DNA of 64,000 bases from an uncultured virus (IMG/VR IMGVR_UViG_3300008624_000520) (lineage: Duplodnaviria > Heunggongvirae > Uroviricota > Caudoviricetes). The position numbers were made by a program, and so were the translations under genes. The stretch is taken from the IMG/VR virus record IMGVR_UViG_3300008624_000520, positions 1 to 64,000 of that record; one strand, given 5' to 3'. Within the stretch, counting starts at the first letter, position 1, and the number at the start of each line of letters is the position of its first letter. Of this stretch, positions 8,915 to 18,706 are shown in pieces. The notes below the pieces were generated by a model. The model worked only from the letters and a program-made list of their open reading frames with translations. It was not told the DNA's origin and ran no database searches.

Positions 8915-10925
8915 AACCTAACCTAAATCGTATGTCGTTGTTATTGTGCTTATAATTAAGGCCGTTAAACCCTATCTTATTACTTCCTACTGACGTGTAA
9001 CTAGACACACCAGCATAGAATCCTTTGTGATGTACGTCTACAAAGAACTCCATGTCTTGTAAATGAAAAGGATCTACTGTGACATTATATCTGCTGCCTA
9101 ATTCCGTAAATCCATCCACCTCTGTTAAATAGTATGCTAGGCCAAAGCGCATTTTGTTCCACAGGTGCTCAGCATATACTTGCCACGTTTCCATGTGTAT
9201 AGTTGCTTGTCCTGTGCCAAAATATACCGTTTGATTGTGCGCTTTTCTATTGTTTCGAGCATACCCAACACCCAGATGAGTATTCCCTAATTCAATATCA
9301 AACCCTAGCATACCGTTGTTCGTTATAATTAAATCGTTATTGCCGTCTAACTGTGCATATCTGAGATTGTTAAATAACAGCTTGTTCATTGATGCAAACT
9401 CTGCATAGCCTGATGGTTTCGTTAATATGTCTTTCGCCATTTGTGCTGGCGGATCTAATACCTGATAAAATGTATTGATAGACGTGTCGCCGTCATATAC
9501 CTGATGTCTACCTATAAAATCGTAGAAGTATTTGCCGTCTATCTCGACAGGGTAGAACGTTCTTTCACTACCTACTCCTGGAAAATCACTGTATATCTCA
9601 TACTCGTTATCAGTATTGATTAGTACATAGGTGCCGTCAACGACATCTACAATATCAGTATCACCGTCGTGATCGAAATCTAATAGCATCATCTCGCCGT
9701 CGCCATGGCCTGATTCAAATGTCTTTGCCTCTGTAAATGTGCCGTCTCCCATATTTTGAAAGAACTGTATAGCTCTACCATCATAATAGGGCTCGTGTGT
9801 TGTGCTTGCTAGCAGTATATCTAAATAGCCGTCGCCGTTGAAATCAAATACTTCCATGTCGTTAGCATTGCCATTAGTGCCAAAATAGTTAGGAGGAAGG
9901 TCAACTCTAAAATCTCTCCAGTCGTTGTTGCCGTTGTTATAAAATACAGCTCCTGCGCTATCTATAGGATTAAACCATCCTACTGCTACATCTCCATGGC
10001 CGTCGTTGTTAAAATCTCCTATTGCTGCTGTTGTTGCCCACAAGCTAGGCTCATAATTGAAATTGTGGTTAGGTGTAAATACTCCATGGCCGTCGTTAAA
10101 CATCATCGTCCAGCCCACACTCTCGTCTGTGTATATGCCAAATATATCTAAATCGCCATCGTTATCTACATCACCAGCATAATTGTCGTGTGTCCAAGCG
10201 CCTGATAAGTCTCCTGGTTGTTCGTGATATTGTGTAAATTGGAATTCAGGTAATTGGAAACTCTTGTTCTCATGGCCGTTGTCACCACTAAGATATAGTA
10301 TAGATGTCTTATAAAAATCGTCTATGCCGTCGCCGTTAAAATCTGCTACTATAGGTCGTTGCAAATGAGATACAAAACCACATGTATGATAAGGATCTGT
10401 CTTATAATCTAAATCACCATAGCCTATACACCCCATCTTCTCAGGTGTAAAAGATCCATTACCGTCGTTATAAAAGGCCCACAAATAGCTGTTGGGTTGA
10501 TCATCTCTAGAGCCTTCCCATCTCTCTTCGTAAAAGAAGTCTTCCCACCCGTCGCCATTTAAGTCTGCTTTAATTATTTGTCCATCCTGATCCCAGGGCT
10601 GTGATGGTAAATACTCATCATCGTTCCTGTGTTGTCCGTCGTGCAAACCTTCTGCTGTTATTTGAAAGAAACCATAATCCTCTATCTTATATTTGTCTGT
10701 TCTATCAAAATTCTCAGGTGGTTGATACTCTCCTCTACTGTATATTACTGTCGTTTCCACGCCTTCTAAATCGTAGACATGCTTTTCTTCTATTGGTGCA
10801 GGTGATACAGCTGATACCACTACCACACCACTATAAGGCATAGAGGGCTGTGACATCTCACTTGTTGACTTGCATCCGTATATAAAGAATCCACAAATAA
10901 CTATCAGTATAAATTTAAACTGCAT
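8898..10925 (-). CDS. FG-GAP/VCBS-repeat lipoprotein with a putative C-terminal outer-membrane beta-barrel
   Basis: Lipobox-like FIYGC; ~7 DxxxDGxxD repeats; alternating beta-strands ending IRFRLGYEKTF. Confidence 0.75.
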   Translation of the reverse strand: MQFKFILIVICGFFIYGCKSTSEMSQPSMPYSGVVVVSAVSPAPIEEKHVYDLEGVETTVIYSRGEYQPPENFDRTDKYKIEDYGFFQITAEGLHDGQHRNDDEYLPSQPWDQDGQIIKADLNGDGWEDFFYEERWEGSRDDQPNSYLWAFYNDGNGSFTPEKMGCIGYGDLDYKTDPYHTCGFVSHLQRPIVADFNGDGIDDFYKTSILYLSGDNGHENKSFQLPEFQFTQYHEQPGDLSGAWTHDNYAGDVDNDGDLDIFGIYTDESVGWTMMFNDGHGVFTPNHNFNYEPSLWATTAAIGDFNNDGHGDVAVGWFNPIDSAGAVFYNNGNNDWRDFRVDLPPNYFGTNGNANDMEVFDFNGDGYLDILLASTTHEPYYDGRAIQFFQNMGDGTFTEAKTFESGHGDGEMMLLDFDHDGDTDIVDVVDGTYVLINTDNEYEIYSDFPGVGSERTFYPVEIDGKYFYDFIGRHQVYDGDTSINTFYQVLDPPAQMAKDILTKPSGYAEFASMNKLLFNNLRYAQLDGNNDLIITNNGMLGFDIELGNTHLGVGYARNNRKAHNQTVYFGTGQATIHMETWQVYAEHLWNKMRFGLAYYLTEVDGFTELGSRYNVTVDPFHLQDMEFFVDVHHKGFYAGVSSYTSVGSNKIGFNGLNYKHNNNDIRFRLGYEKTF

Positions 10926-11478
10926 CTAATTGGCCTCTCATAATTAAATCTCTCCATTGAGGAATTGTTAGTTCCATCTTGTTCTCTCTAATATATTCGT
11001 ATGCTGTTATCTCATCTGTAATATCAAACATCTGTCCTGCTGCCATTGCTGGTGGCGGTGGTGGTTGATAGTCAAGCAAATAACCAGATATCTTTTCAAA
11101 TGGTATATAAAAATCAAAGTCTGCCTTATAAACTGTCATCAAATGTGGCTGCAAATGTGTGCTATAAAACATATTATCTCTCTTTTGATTTATGCTGTGT
11201 AAGCTCATGCCATGTAAATATGCTGCGTGTTTGTGCTGTTCCATAGGATCTCTCAATACCAACACATGTTCCTTCTTTTCAAATTGATTTGTTAGCGCTC
11301 GCCAGTGGAATGGTTTGATAAAGGCCATCGTTGTCCGTGTACCTACATTTACAAAGAAATTCTCAAAACACTGAACACCAATAGGTCCGTGCATGTATAT
11401 CGTCAGGTTTGCTGTCTCTAAATATGTGTTTAGGACTTCTTGATCGTTATATCTCTCAGGCGCTGTCGTCATCCTCAA
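10915..11478 (-). CDS. Hypothetical protein, weak sulfotransferase-like fold
   Basis: VLRDP and HLQP motifs resemble Sulfotransfer_2 proteins. Confidence 0.4.
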   Translation of the reverse strand: MRMTTAPERYNDQEVLNTYLETANLTIYMHGPIGVQCFENFFVNVGTRTTMAFIKPFHWRALTNQFEKKEHVLVLRDPMEQHKHAAYLHGMSLHSINQKRDNMFYSTHLQPHLMTVYKADFDFYIPFEKISGYLLDYQPPPPPAMAAGQMFDITDEITAYEYIRENKMELTIPQWRDLIMRGQLDAV

Positions 11479-11704
11479 GGTCCTTTGTCAATGCGTCTAA
11501 TACCAATTTATCATACGTCAATGGATCTAAAAAGTGTATATTCTTTCCGTGAAAGTGTATAAGAACTCTGCCGTTATGTTTTTTAGACAGTTTCTTGCAA
11601 TGCTCTATATACCTATCAATACCTTCTCTTATGCCTATTTTGTATGCTCTCCATGACATACCTATAGCACATATTCCTAATATAATTAAATGTCCTTCAT
11701 TCAT
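11456..11704 (-). CDS. Small membrane protein
   Basis: N-terminal TM segment; overlapping operon arrangement. Confidence 0.55.
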   Translation of the reverse strand: MNEGHLIILGICAIGMSWRAYKIGIREGIDRYIEHCKKLSKKHNGRVLIHFHGKNIHFLDPLTYDKLVLDALTKDLEDDDSA

Positions 11705-13322
11705 CTTTCCACTCCAGTTTCTTTTGCTTATACTCGTTAATTATTTGCTTGTGTAAATCTATCTGGCTCTTGCCTAATGGATCTATCTCATCAAATGTCT
11801 TTTCCATATCCTTTAAACTATATCTACCACCTGTTAAATATCTGTGGTAATAAAATATCCCAGGAGCCAGCTTGCTGGGTAGTACAGGATTAGCTGCTAC
11901 TTCTGAAAATAGTTTCCACGCTTCCCATACATTCATCGTCTCGTGTTGCCAATTGGCCACACCTGTTGAATTCATATAAAACTGCACAACCTCTTTTAAT
12001 TGTTCAGGTATCTCATCATAGTTGACACCCATCTCTTCGTGTGTTTTCTTTGTAAATACTCCTGACGTCCAGGCTGTTCTATCAAATTCACTAGGATTTG
12101 TTGCCATAGCATTTAAGTCTCCATCTGCTACCATTAATGGTGCAAAGCTATAACTATGGCCAGGCATGTTGTCCATAACCCAATCCCTTCCTTCTAAAAA
12201 TGTTTCTCTTGTTTCATAAGGAAGTCCTACGATCATAGATATTGTAGCTCTAAACTTTCCTTTATTGTTAAACCAATCTTGTACTTCTAATAATCCATCT
12301 TTAAGTCTATCTGGGTTCATGCCTTTGCCTACAAACCTAGCTGCTTTGTGATTAAAACTCTCTATGCCATAAAAGTGAGACCATAAACCCATATCCCAAA
12401 TGTCTTCCCACGTATCTGGTTTGGCCACTAATAAGTCTCCTCTTAAATAGCCTGCCAAGTTTACTTCAAAGGGTAATGACCTAACTACGTCTGCTACTTT
12501 CTTAAGTTTCTCAGGGCTATCGTTTATTGTCTCATCTGAGATCGTGTATGTGTTAATACCCCAGCGTTCATAATTATCTGTTAATTCTTCTCTTAAACTA
12601 TCTGCACATCTACTGTGATCTCCCTTCACTCCTAAAACTGTAAATGAACAGAACTTACACTCAAATATGCAACCGCGTCCCATTTCAATAGTTGGTACTT
12701 CATCAGATCTCATAAAGTCTCGATCCTGATACTTCACATGTGCATTAGGAAAAGGCCAAGCTGGATAATCGTGTCTACATTCCACTACCTTGCGTGTTGC
12801 ACCCCAATATTCTCTCTCATGAACGATACAATTATGTGTCTGTCCTGTTATCATCTTTAATAATTCTATAATGCCGTACTCTGCAAAGCCACCCACATAA
12901 TAATCTAATGGGTATCCTAGTGTAGCAGATATGTTTTGTGAGCCTCCAATGAACACTAAATCAGGATATAACGATTTAATATATCTGAGATTCTCTATAA
13001 TCTCTGCTACTTTCTCCTGGTTCTTCTTGCCTGCTCCTCCTAGTGGAAACATAGCAGACAGCCCTACCCAAATTGTGTCTTTCTTTACTCTTGTTTCAAA
13101 CAGCTCTACGAGTTCTTCACGTGACCATGCAGGCCAAAAGTCTATAACCTCTATATCCCATTCGTTCTCTCTTAGCCATGTGGCTATTCTGTGTGCTCCT
13201 GCTGATCGTTTGATGCTTGGCCAAAAGTCTGGCCTATCTTTAGTGTCTTGGTGTACTAATTGATTTCTAGTTTCGCTAGTGTCTTCTCGTTCAAGTATTC
13301 CACCTAGTATAATTCCATGCAT
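11697..13322 (-). CDS. Cobalamin (B12)-binding radical SAM protein
   Basis: EMGRGCIFECKFC (CxxxCxxC), DETIND, GIES, MIVGLPYET; N-terminal B12-binding-like domain. Confidence 0.85.
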   Translation of the reverse strand: MHGIILGGILEREDTSETRNQLVHQDTKDRPDFWPSIKRSAGAHRIATWLRENEWDIEVIDFWPAWSREELVELFETRVKKDTIWVGLSAMFPLGGAGKKNQEKVAEIIENLRYIKSLYPDLVFIGGSQNISATLGYPLDYYVGGFAEYGIIELLKMITGQTHNCIVHEREYWGATRKVVECRHDYPAWPFPNAHVKYQDRDFMRSDEVPTIEMGRGCIFECKFCSFTVLGVKGDHSRCADSLREELTDNYERWGINTYTISDETINDSPEKLKKVADVVRSLPFEVNLAGYLRGDLLVAKPDTWEDIWDMGLWSHFYGIESFNHKAARFVGKGMNPDRLKDGLLEVQDWFNNKGKFRATISMIVGLPYETRETFLEGRDWVMDNMPGHSYSFAPLMVADGDLNAMATNPSEFDRTAWTSGVFTKKTHEEMGVNYDEIPEQLKEVVQFYMNSTGVANWQHETMNVWEAWKLFSEVAANPVLPSKLAPGIFYYHRYLTGGRYSLKDMEKTFDEIDPLGKSQIDLHKQIINEYKQKKLEWKDE

Positions 13323-13792
13323 CGTTTTTCCACTGATTTAACACGTCGTACAGTATTTCCTGTGTCTCTTATAAAACTATGTGCAAGCTCTTCCTGCATA
13401 TCCCATGCTTCTCGTTCCCAAGGTTGTTTAGGACCCATACTGCTGTTGCTATTCGTATCTCTATGTTCTTTGCCTTTCCAAAATTGTCGTAAATGCTTCT
13501 CTGTAAGTTCTCCCCTTACACCTTGCTTGACGTGTACCATCTCATGACACGTGGTGAGTATAAGATCGTAAACCTTTTGAAACTTGTCTATTTCTAATGT
13601 GTAGAAGTTGTGATCGTTTTGATAACAATAACCAAGGACATTGTCTTCGCTTAAGTTACGGAAATCTATTTCAATCCATAAGGATCGATGTCTAGGTAAT
13701 AAGGTAGTTATACAATGAGCTGCAACATGTTCTGCGATTACTCGCTGTTTCGCTAGCCCACCGGATACCTTAATGGTATTGCCTGGGTGCAT
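13304..13792 (-). CDS. HExxH zinc metallopeptidase-like protein
   Basis: CHEMVHVKQ...PWEREA. Confidence 0.75.
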   Translation of the reverse strand: MHPGNTIKVSGGLAKQRVIAEHVAAHCITTLLPRHRSLWIEIDFRNLSEDNVLGYCYQNDHNFYTLEIDKFQKVYDLILTTCHEMVHVKQGVRGELTEKHLRQFWKGKEHRDTNSNSSMGPKQPWEREAWDMQEELAHSFIRDTGNTVRRVKSVEKRCMELY

Positions 13793-13795
13793 TTT

Positions 13796-14017
13796 TTAGT
13801 CCTCTGACGGTACATCATTAACTCTTAAAAGCGGATTATCTCTTTCCCTCATTTCATATTCTAAAATGGGATAGAGCTTATCTGCCATGTGATCGTCTGC
13901 CAATATTCTACATAACTCCACAAGTTGAGGACTGCTTAATCTTTTAATAATTTCTGCTATCCTGTCTACTTCTGGCTCTGGTGTAGATATCACTGTAAAA
14001 TCCGATTGCATGTTCAC
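13796..14017 (-). CDS. Hypothetical protein
   Basis: ORF in operon orientation. Confidence 0.55.
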   Translation of the reverse strand: MNMQSDFTVISTPEPEVDRIAEIIKRLSSPQLVELCRILADDHMADKLYPILEYEMRERDNPLLRVNDVPSED

Positions 14018-14019
14018 GA

Positions 14020-14268
14020 TTATTTATGCCTCATATCTGCTGCTACTCTCATCATTTTATCCAGAAGAGATTGTCTTGTGGCTCTCGCTCTGTACCACTC
14101 TTTCTTTCCTTCTTTAGGGCCTCGGGTATATTCATATAAAATATCGCCATTATTGTATTTGGTTTCAATACAGCCGTTATTAGCATGTATATACTTAACC
14201 CCTTTGGAAAATTCATCTAGTTGTTGTTGCAGTCTAACTGCTTCAACTTTTTCGGTATATTCTGTCAT
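14020..14268 (-). CDS. Hypothetical early protein
   Basis: MTEYTEK start with ggag RBS, below the promoter at 14291-14319. Confidence 0.65.
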   Translation of the reverse strand: MTEYTEKVEAVRLQQQLDEFSKGVKYIHANNGCIETKYNNGDILYEYTRGPKEGKKEWYRARATRQSLLDKMMRVAADMRHK

Positions 14269-14290
14269 TGTTTCTCCAGTTTCTATATAC

Positions 14291-14319
14291 ATTATGACAG
14301 AAATAGGACCTAAAGTCAA
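14291..14319 (-). promoter_or_regulatory. Sigma70-type promoter TTGACT-17-CATAAT
   Basis: GGTCCT box in the spacer; inverted copy at 14334-14347. Confidence 0.75.
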
Positions 14320-14359
14320 CTACGAATAGCCCCTTTTGGTCCTATTGATCTGTCTGTAA

Positions 14360-14530
14360 TTATTCGCCTTTAACTAGCGTCCATATACCGTAGCCTAAAG
14401 CTACCCAGGCTGCAACTTTTGCAAGTCCGCCAAACAATATGATTGCTAGAGAAACAGCTATAATCACACCGCCGTCCCAGCTGGTTCGCTCGGCAATGCG
14501 GTCTTTTACGAATTGAATTGCTGTATTCAT
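14360..14530 (-). CDS. 56-aa two-TM membrane protein, holin-like (MNTAIQFVKDRIAERTSWDGGVIIAVSLAIILFGGLAKVAAWVALGYGIWTLVKGE)
   Basis: Translated by hand; strong RBS aggagg; missed by the ORF track. Confidence 0.7.
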   Translation of the reverse strand: MNTAIQFVKDRIAERTSWDGGVIIAVSLAIILFGGLAKVAAWVALGYGIWTLVKGE

Positions 14531-14544
14531 GCGTTTCCTCCTAT

Positions 14545-15315
14545 TTAGTTTTTGGTATCATTTTCTAAATGCTGAATATAATCTTTTATATTATGGTCAG
14601 CCACAAAATCCAATCGACCCTTCAATATCGTCTTTAATAAACTCCAACCTTTGTCCCTTATTCGCTCTGTAGACCATCGTCTTAAGCGAGTAACTTCTCC
14701 AGTTGATTTTATATAATAACAGTCTCCTGTATGCCTATACCATATCCAGCTAGGTACACAAGGAACCACGTCATTATTATTAACGAATCTTTGATGATTA
14801 AGATGTTTATCACACCATGCTCTAAATTGTGGCCCGCCTGCTCGAGGTGAACCAAAGGTGTACAATGTGTCGACATCATGTCCACCTGTGAACTCTAATC
14901 TTTGAGCTAGAATAGTAGCCATTGCGCCTCCTAAACTATGTCCTGTTGCCCATATCTTTTTGCCATGTGTTATTCTATCAATAAGCGATTCAACATGATC
15001 ATAAATCTTATCTACTTCTTCCTTGAATCCCTGGTGGATTTTATTACCAGAGACAGAGTCGGATTTAAAAACTTGCAAATCTGCTATGATATCGTTCATC
15101 GCTCCATGGCCTTTTTGTGTGCCTCTGCATGCTATAACGATATCATCCTTATTGTAATATACATAGCACTGGGCGCCTTCTATGTCAAAGAAACTGTGTT
15201 TGTTAAATCCTTTACGTTTGCCGGATTTAGCTCCTGTTTTCTCTGGATAGTAAGCGTACTGTGCAAATTTAGCAAAGAGGACTCGCCTCTCCTTTTCTGA
15301 CATACTACTAATCAT
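14545..15315 (-). CDS. Class 3 lipase (alpha/beta hydrolase)
   Basis: IACRGT, IHQGF, TGHSLGGAMA, TFGSPR, NNNDVVP and a late DH His. Confidence 0.9.
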   Translation of the reverse strand: MISSMSEKERRVLFAKFAQYAYYPEKTGAKSGKRKGFNKHSFFDIEGAQCYVYYNKDDIVIACRGTQKGHGAMNDIIADLQVFKSDSVSGNKIHQGFKEEVDKIYDHVESLIDRITHGKKIWATGHSLGGAMATILAQRLEFTGGHDVDTLYTFGSPRAGGPQFRAWCDKHLNHQRFVNNNDVVPCVPSWIWYRHTGDCYYIKSTGEVTRLRRWSTERIRDKGWSLLKTILKGRLDFVADHNIKDYIQHLENDTKN

Positions 15316-15320
15316 GTCAA

Positions 15321-15337
15321 TATTTATAATATAAATA
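15321..15337. promoter_or_regulatory. Back-to-back T4 late promoters (TATAAATA on both strands)
   Basis: tatttata-a-tataaata between divergent genes. Confidence 0.75.
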
Positions 15338-15366
15338 CTGTAAAGAGTTTAACAAGGAGAGATAAT

Positions 15367-16761
15367 ATGGCAACAATGGCAAAAGCAGACTTTCTTAAAT
15401 ATGCTGGTTTCAGGCCTGGCGTATTTCTAGACAAATGTTCTGCATCTGAAGGACATTCCTTAAGTGGGTATGCAACTGATCAGGTTATCATTGGAGTAAT
15501 GACAGGACAAAACGCAAAAACAGCTAAACAAACATCAATTACCTCATTAATGAGTCTTCCAAATCCAGGCCAGGCTTTGGTAAGACTTATCCAGAGTGGA
15601 TCTTATAACCAATTAATACTACAAGATAAAACGCTGGTGCCTCTTGGCAAATTAGAAAAAACAGAGGAGTATCAACTTAATGGAAGAAAGAACCACAACA
15701 AGGGAAACATAGCAGAAATAATATTCTCTGCTGCTATAGTAGCTCGCTTTAAAGCAGGATGTGGCACACATACCAGGATCGGTGAGACAGAGATTAAAGC
15801 TATAATGGATCTGTGCAAAGTGAATGATAGCACTATCAAATTGGAGTCACCCAATAAGGGAACGACGATAAAAGATGATCTCGTCTTTACATATCAAATA
15901 GGCGAGCCTCATTGGCGCGCTGTCAAAAACCCCAAGCTATGGCCTCTGTGGAGTCAAATTATAGATGCTTCCATCAAATATGCTAACTCAGTCAATGTAG
16001 TAGATATGGTTGCAGAAGTGTGGGGCAATGGTGTTAAAAATAGTATCATTGTGCTATCAGACGGCGAAACAGATCAAAAAGGAACAAAGGTAGATGTAAG
16101 AGTACAAGTCACAGACCATGCTGGTGATTTATCAGGACCTGATTTCCTAAAGATATCACTTAAAGTAGATGGTGTAAAACAATTTGGCCAAATGGGAGGC
16201 ACAACCTTAGATGTACAAAAGAAACTCTGGAAAGACGCATTTGGTATTGATGTTGCAATGACTCAGCTATCTTATGATAAGCTTAAGGGAGGAATAGAAC
16301 ATTTCAAAGATACCGCCAATGCCATAATGGCAGTCTATAAGGAAGTGGCACCGAAAGTGCCTGACGCTCTACTAACACAATCAGGTGTAAGGGCCTTCAG
16401 TAGCTTTGTACAATACCACTTCTCAAAACGTGAAGAAGGCATGCTACTCGTAGACTTAAAAGGAGACCAGGCAATTCAATATGATGCAAGTAACTTAGAG
16501 GAGGCTTTTAACGGTTTAGAACTTGAATCAGAACTAGGAATATCAGAAGCCCAAAGGGTAGGTGGCAAAGTGGTAAAAGAGAATTTGCCTAAGTTAATGA
16601 TCTACGGCAAAGGACATAAACTAACAACCAAAGAGCCTCTGATAGAGATAAGAGTAAAACGTGGAGAGAGAAGCGCTGACGGCACACCATACTATCGTAA
16701 TGTTTTTGAAAAACAAAAAGGATTTACAATACTCTTTGCACAAGCTATTGAAATAGATTAA
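15367..16761 (+). CDS. Hypothetical late protein, possible PD-(D/E)XK nuclease fold
   Basis: RBS aggag; NKGNIAE...KVDV...ISLK motif spacing. Confidence 0.55.
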   Translation: MATMAKADFLKYAGFRPGVFLDKCSASEGHSLSGYATDQVIIGVMTGQNAKTAKQTSITSLMSLPNPGQALVRLIQSGSYNQLILQDKTLVPLGKLEKTEEYQLNGRKNHNKGNIAEIIFSAAIVARFKAGCGTHTRIGETEIKAIMDLCKVNDSTIKLESPNKGTTIKDDLVFTYQIGEPHWRAVKNPKLWPLWSQIIDASIKYANSVNVVDMVAEVWGNGVKNSIIVLSDGETDQKGTKVDVRVQVTDHAGDLSGPDFLKISLKVDGVKQFGQMGGTTLDVQKKLWKDAFGIDVAMTQLSYDKLKGGIEHFKDTANAIMAVYKEVAPKVPDALLTQSGVRAFSSFVQYHFSKREEGMLLVDLKGDQAIQYDASNLEEAFNGLELESELGISEAQRVGGKVVKENLPKLMIYGKGHKLTTKEPLIEIRVKRGERSADGTPYYRNVFEKQKGFTILFAQAIEID

Positions 16762-16762
16762 T

Positions 16763-17722
16763 ATGGATAGTGTCTACAAATACGGTTATTGTCATCGCTA
16801 CAGGCCTGGCAAAGGAAATCAACATACAAAAGCAGATGGCACCCCCGAGCCAATGGGTGTGCAACAATGGTCTGATGGATTTTCAACAAGGTGGTGTCCT
16901 TCTGACATTAGGCAAAATTTCGATAATAGGAAAGAGTTAGCAGAGCAACTAGGTTGGTCAGATAACAATGTCAAGTATAGATTTAATCAGTGGGGTTTTA
17001 GACATCAAGGAGATTTTGTAGAGAATAAAAATGCTCTAGTAGCATTAGGTTGTAGCATAACATTTGGTATTGGAGTTAATTATGAACAGACATGGCCTTA
17101 TTTTGTAGCACAAGAGTTAGGACTAGACTGTGTAAATTTAGGCCAACCAGGAACAGGTATTCAAGCATCTTATCGTGCTGCTAAAATGTGGTTGCCTGTT
17201 ATAAAACCTAAAGCTGTAATGTTCTACGTTCCAGATCCTCATAGAATTGAACTCTGGCCTTATCCAGATGATAGAGAGGAAGATAACTACGCAGATTCTG
17301 TAAAATCCATAGGACCTTGGCATAACTCCGGCACTTCCGATAAGAAATGGAGAGACCATTTTGAAATGAGCATGTCAAGTCGTGAAGTCGCTATTAGACG
17401 AGAGGCCTATATGGATGCCATGAGACATATCTGTAAAGAATCTAAGTTCATAGATATACCAAGCACAGAACAAACAGCAGGTAGACCTTCTAAAACGGAC
17501 AATATAAATGATATGATAGTTATTGATAAAATACATAATATTGCTGAAGAGACTAAAGAAAAACTTAATCATACCCTGAGAGAACAGAACCCGAATGCTG
17601 AGTTTACGGCTTGCCTTAATACTGACGAGGCAAGATGGGCAAGGGACATGGTACATCCAGGACCAAGGGTGATGAGAGATAATATAGCTCCAATGTTTAT
17701 AAGGAAATACCGTGAGAGCTAG
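16763..17722 (+). CDS. SGNH/GDSL-like hydrolase
   Basis: ALGCSITFGIG, NLGQPG and C-terminal DMVHPG. Confidence 0.65.
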   Translation: MDSVYKYGYCHRYRPGKGNQHTKADGTPEPMGVQQWSDGFSTRWCPSDIRQNFDNRKELAEQLGWSDNNVKYRFNQWGFRHQGDFVENKNALVALGCSITFGIGVNYEQTWPYFVAQELGLDCVNLGQPGTGIQASYRAAKMWLPVIKPKAVMFYVPDPHRIELWPYPDDREEDNYADSVKSIGPWHNSGTSDKKWRDHFEMSMSSREVAIRREAYMDAMRHICKESKFIDIPSTEQTAGRPSKTDNINDMIVIDKIHNIAEETKEKLNHTLREQNPNAEFTACLNTDEARWARDMVHPGPRVMRDNIAPMFIRKYRES

Positions 17723-18242
17723 TCTATTCTTTTTGTTTAATCACGGCGGTGAATTATATATCGTTGACAATAATCATGTACAAGATGTTCCTAAACCTCG
17801 TGATCTAATCAGACGTTTTTCACAAATAGAAGCTATTAGAGAGCATGCGTTACATCTAGGTAGGCCAATAGTAATGGATTCTGCTCGAGATCGTACAAAG
17901 AAACACACCCCAGAAGGAATAGAAAGAATAAGACAAGCGAAACTAGGAGACAATCATCCTAGCAGAATACATGGTGTCTCTCCAGAACATAAGGAAAAGA
18001 TATCTAGGACTATGACAGGGACAAGACACGGCGAGAACAATCCTATGTATGGTAGAACACACTCAAAAGAAACTAGGATTAAAATGTCTGAGGCTTCTTT
18101 TTATAAGGAGAGGCGTCGTTGGGTAGTATCGCCTGAAGGTAAGACAACAACCATACCTATTAGTGAGCCTAGGCCAGAAGGCTGGCAATGGGGCAGGTTC
18201 TATGATCCTTATAAGCCTGATACAGATCCATTCAACGTATAA
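17712..18242 (+). CDS. NUMOD3 DNA-binding-motif protein (homing-endonuclease related)
   Basis: GENNPMYGRTHSKETRIKMS and two similar motifs; no clear nuclease domain. Confidence 0.7.
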   Translation: MRASLFFLFNHGGELYIVDNNHVQDVPKPRDLIRRFSQIEAIREHALHLGRPIVMDSARDRTKKHTPEGIERIRQAKLGDNHPSRIHGVSPEHKEKISRTMTGTRHGENNPMYGRTHSKETRIKMSEASFYKERRRWVVSPEGKTTTIPISEPRPEGWQWGRFYDPYKPDTDPFNV

Positions 18243-18706
18243 ACCTTTCCGCTTTCCACTTTATCCAATAAAGCTACTACCTGTTTAGCAGGAGTTTCGT
18301 AATGGCCTTCTATTAAATGTCCTGGATCTACACCAAAGTATATCTCAGGTTTAAGATGTGCATAATAGCGCATAATATGAAGATTCATTGACTTATAAGC
18401 AAAGTATGGAGCATATTCTGGGTGATCTTTAGCACCTATACCACTGCTAAACATCCAACCTACCTTGTTGGCCTTGTTGTTGCTTAGTATGTCTATACAA
18501 ATAAGACAATTCATATGGTAGCTCACTTGATCAAAACCTTCTGGCATAAAATGGTGGTTAAAAAAGATTAGATCATACTCGTTCTGTGTAAAGGTAAATG
18601 TGCTTAGTTCATCTCTTGGTATAACTGTGACATCGTAGGTCTTTGCTAGTTCACTAGACAAACAGGCTCCAAATTTACTACTACCTCCTGTTATCAGCGC
18701 TTTCAT
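18209..18706 (-). CDS. Short-chain dehydrogenase/reductase-like protein
   Basis: ALITGGSSKFG and YxxxK (YFAYK). Confidence 0.7.
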   Translation of the reverse strand: MKALITGGSSKFGACLSSELAKTYDVTVIPRDELSTFTFTQNEYDLIFFNHHFMPEGFDQVSYHMNCLICIDILSNNKANKVGWMFSSGIGAKDHPEYAPYFAYKSMNLHIMRYYAHLKPEIYFGVDPGHLIEGHYETPAKQVVALLDKVESGKVYTLNGSVSGL

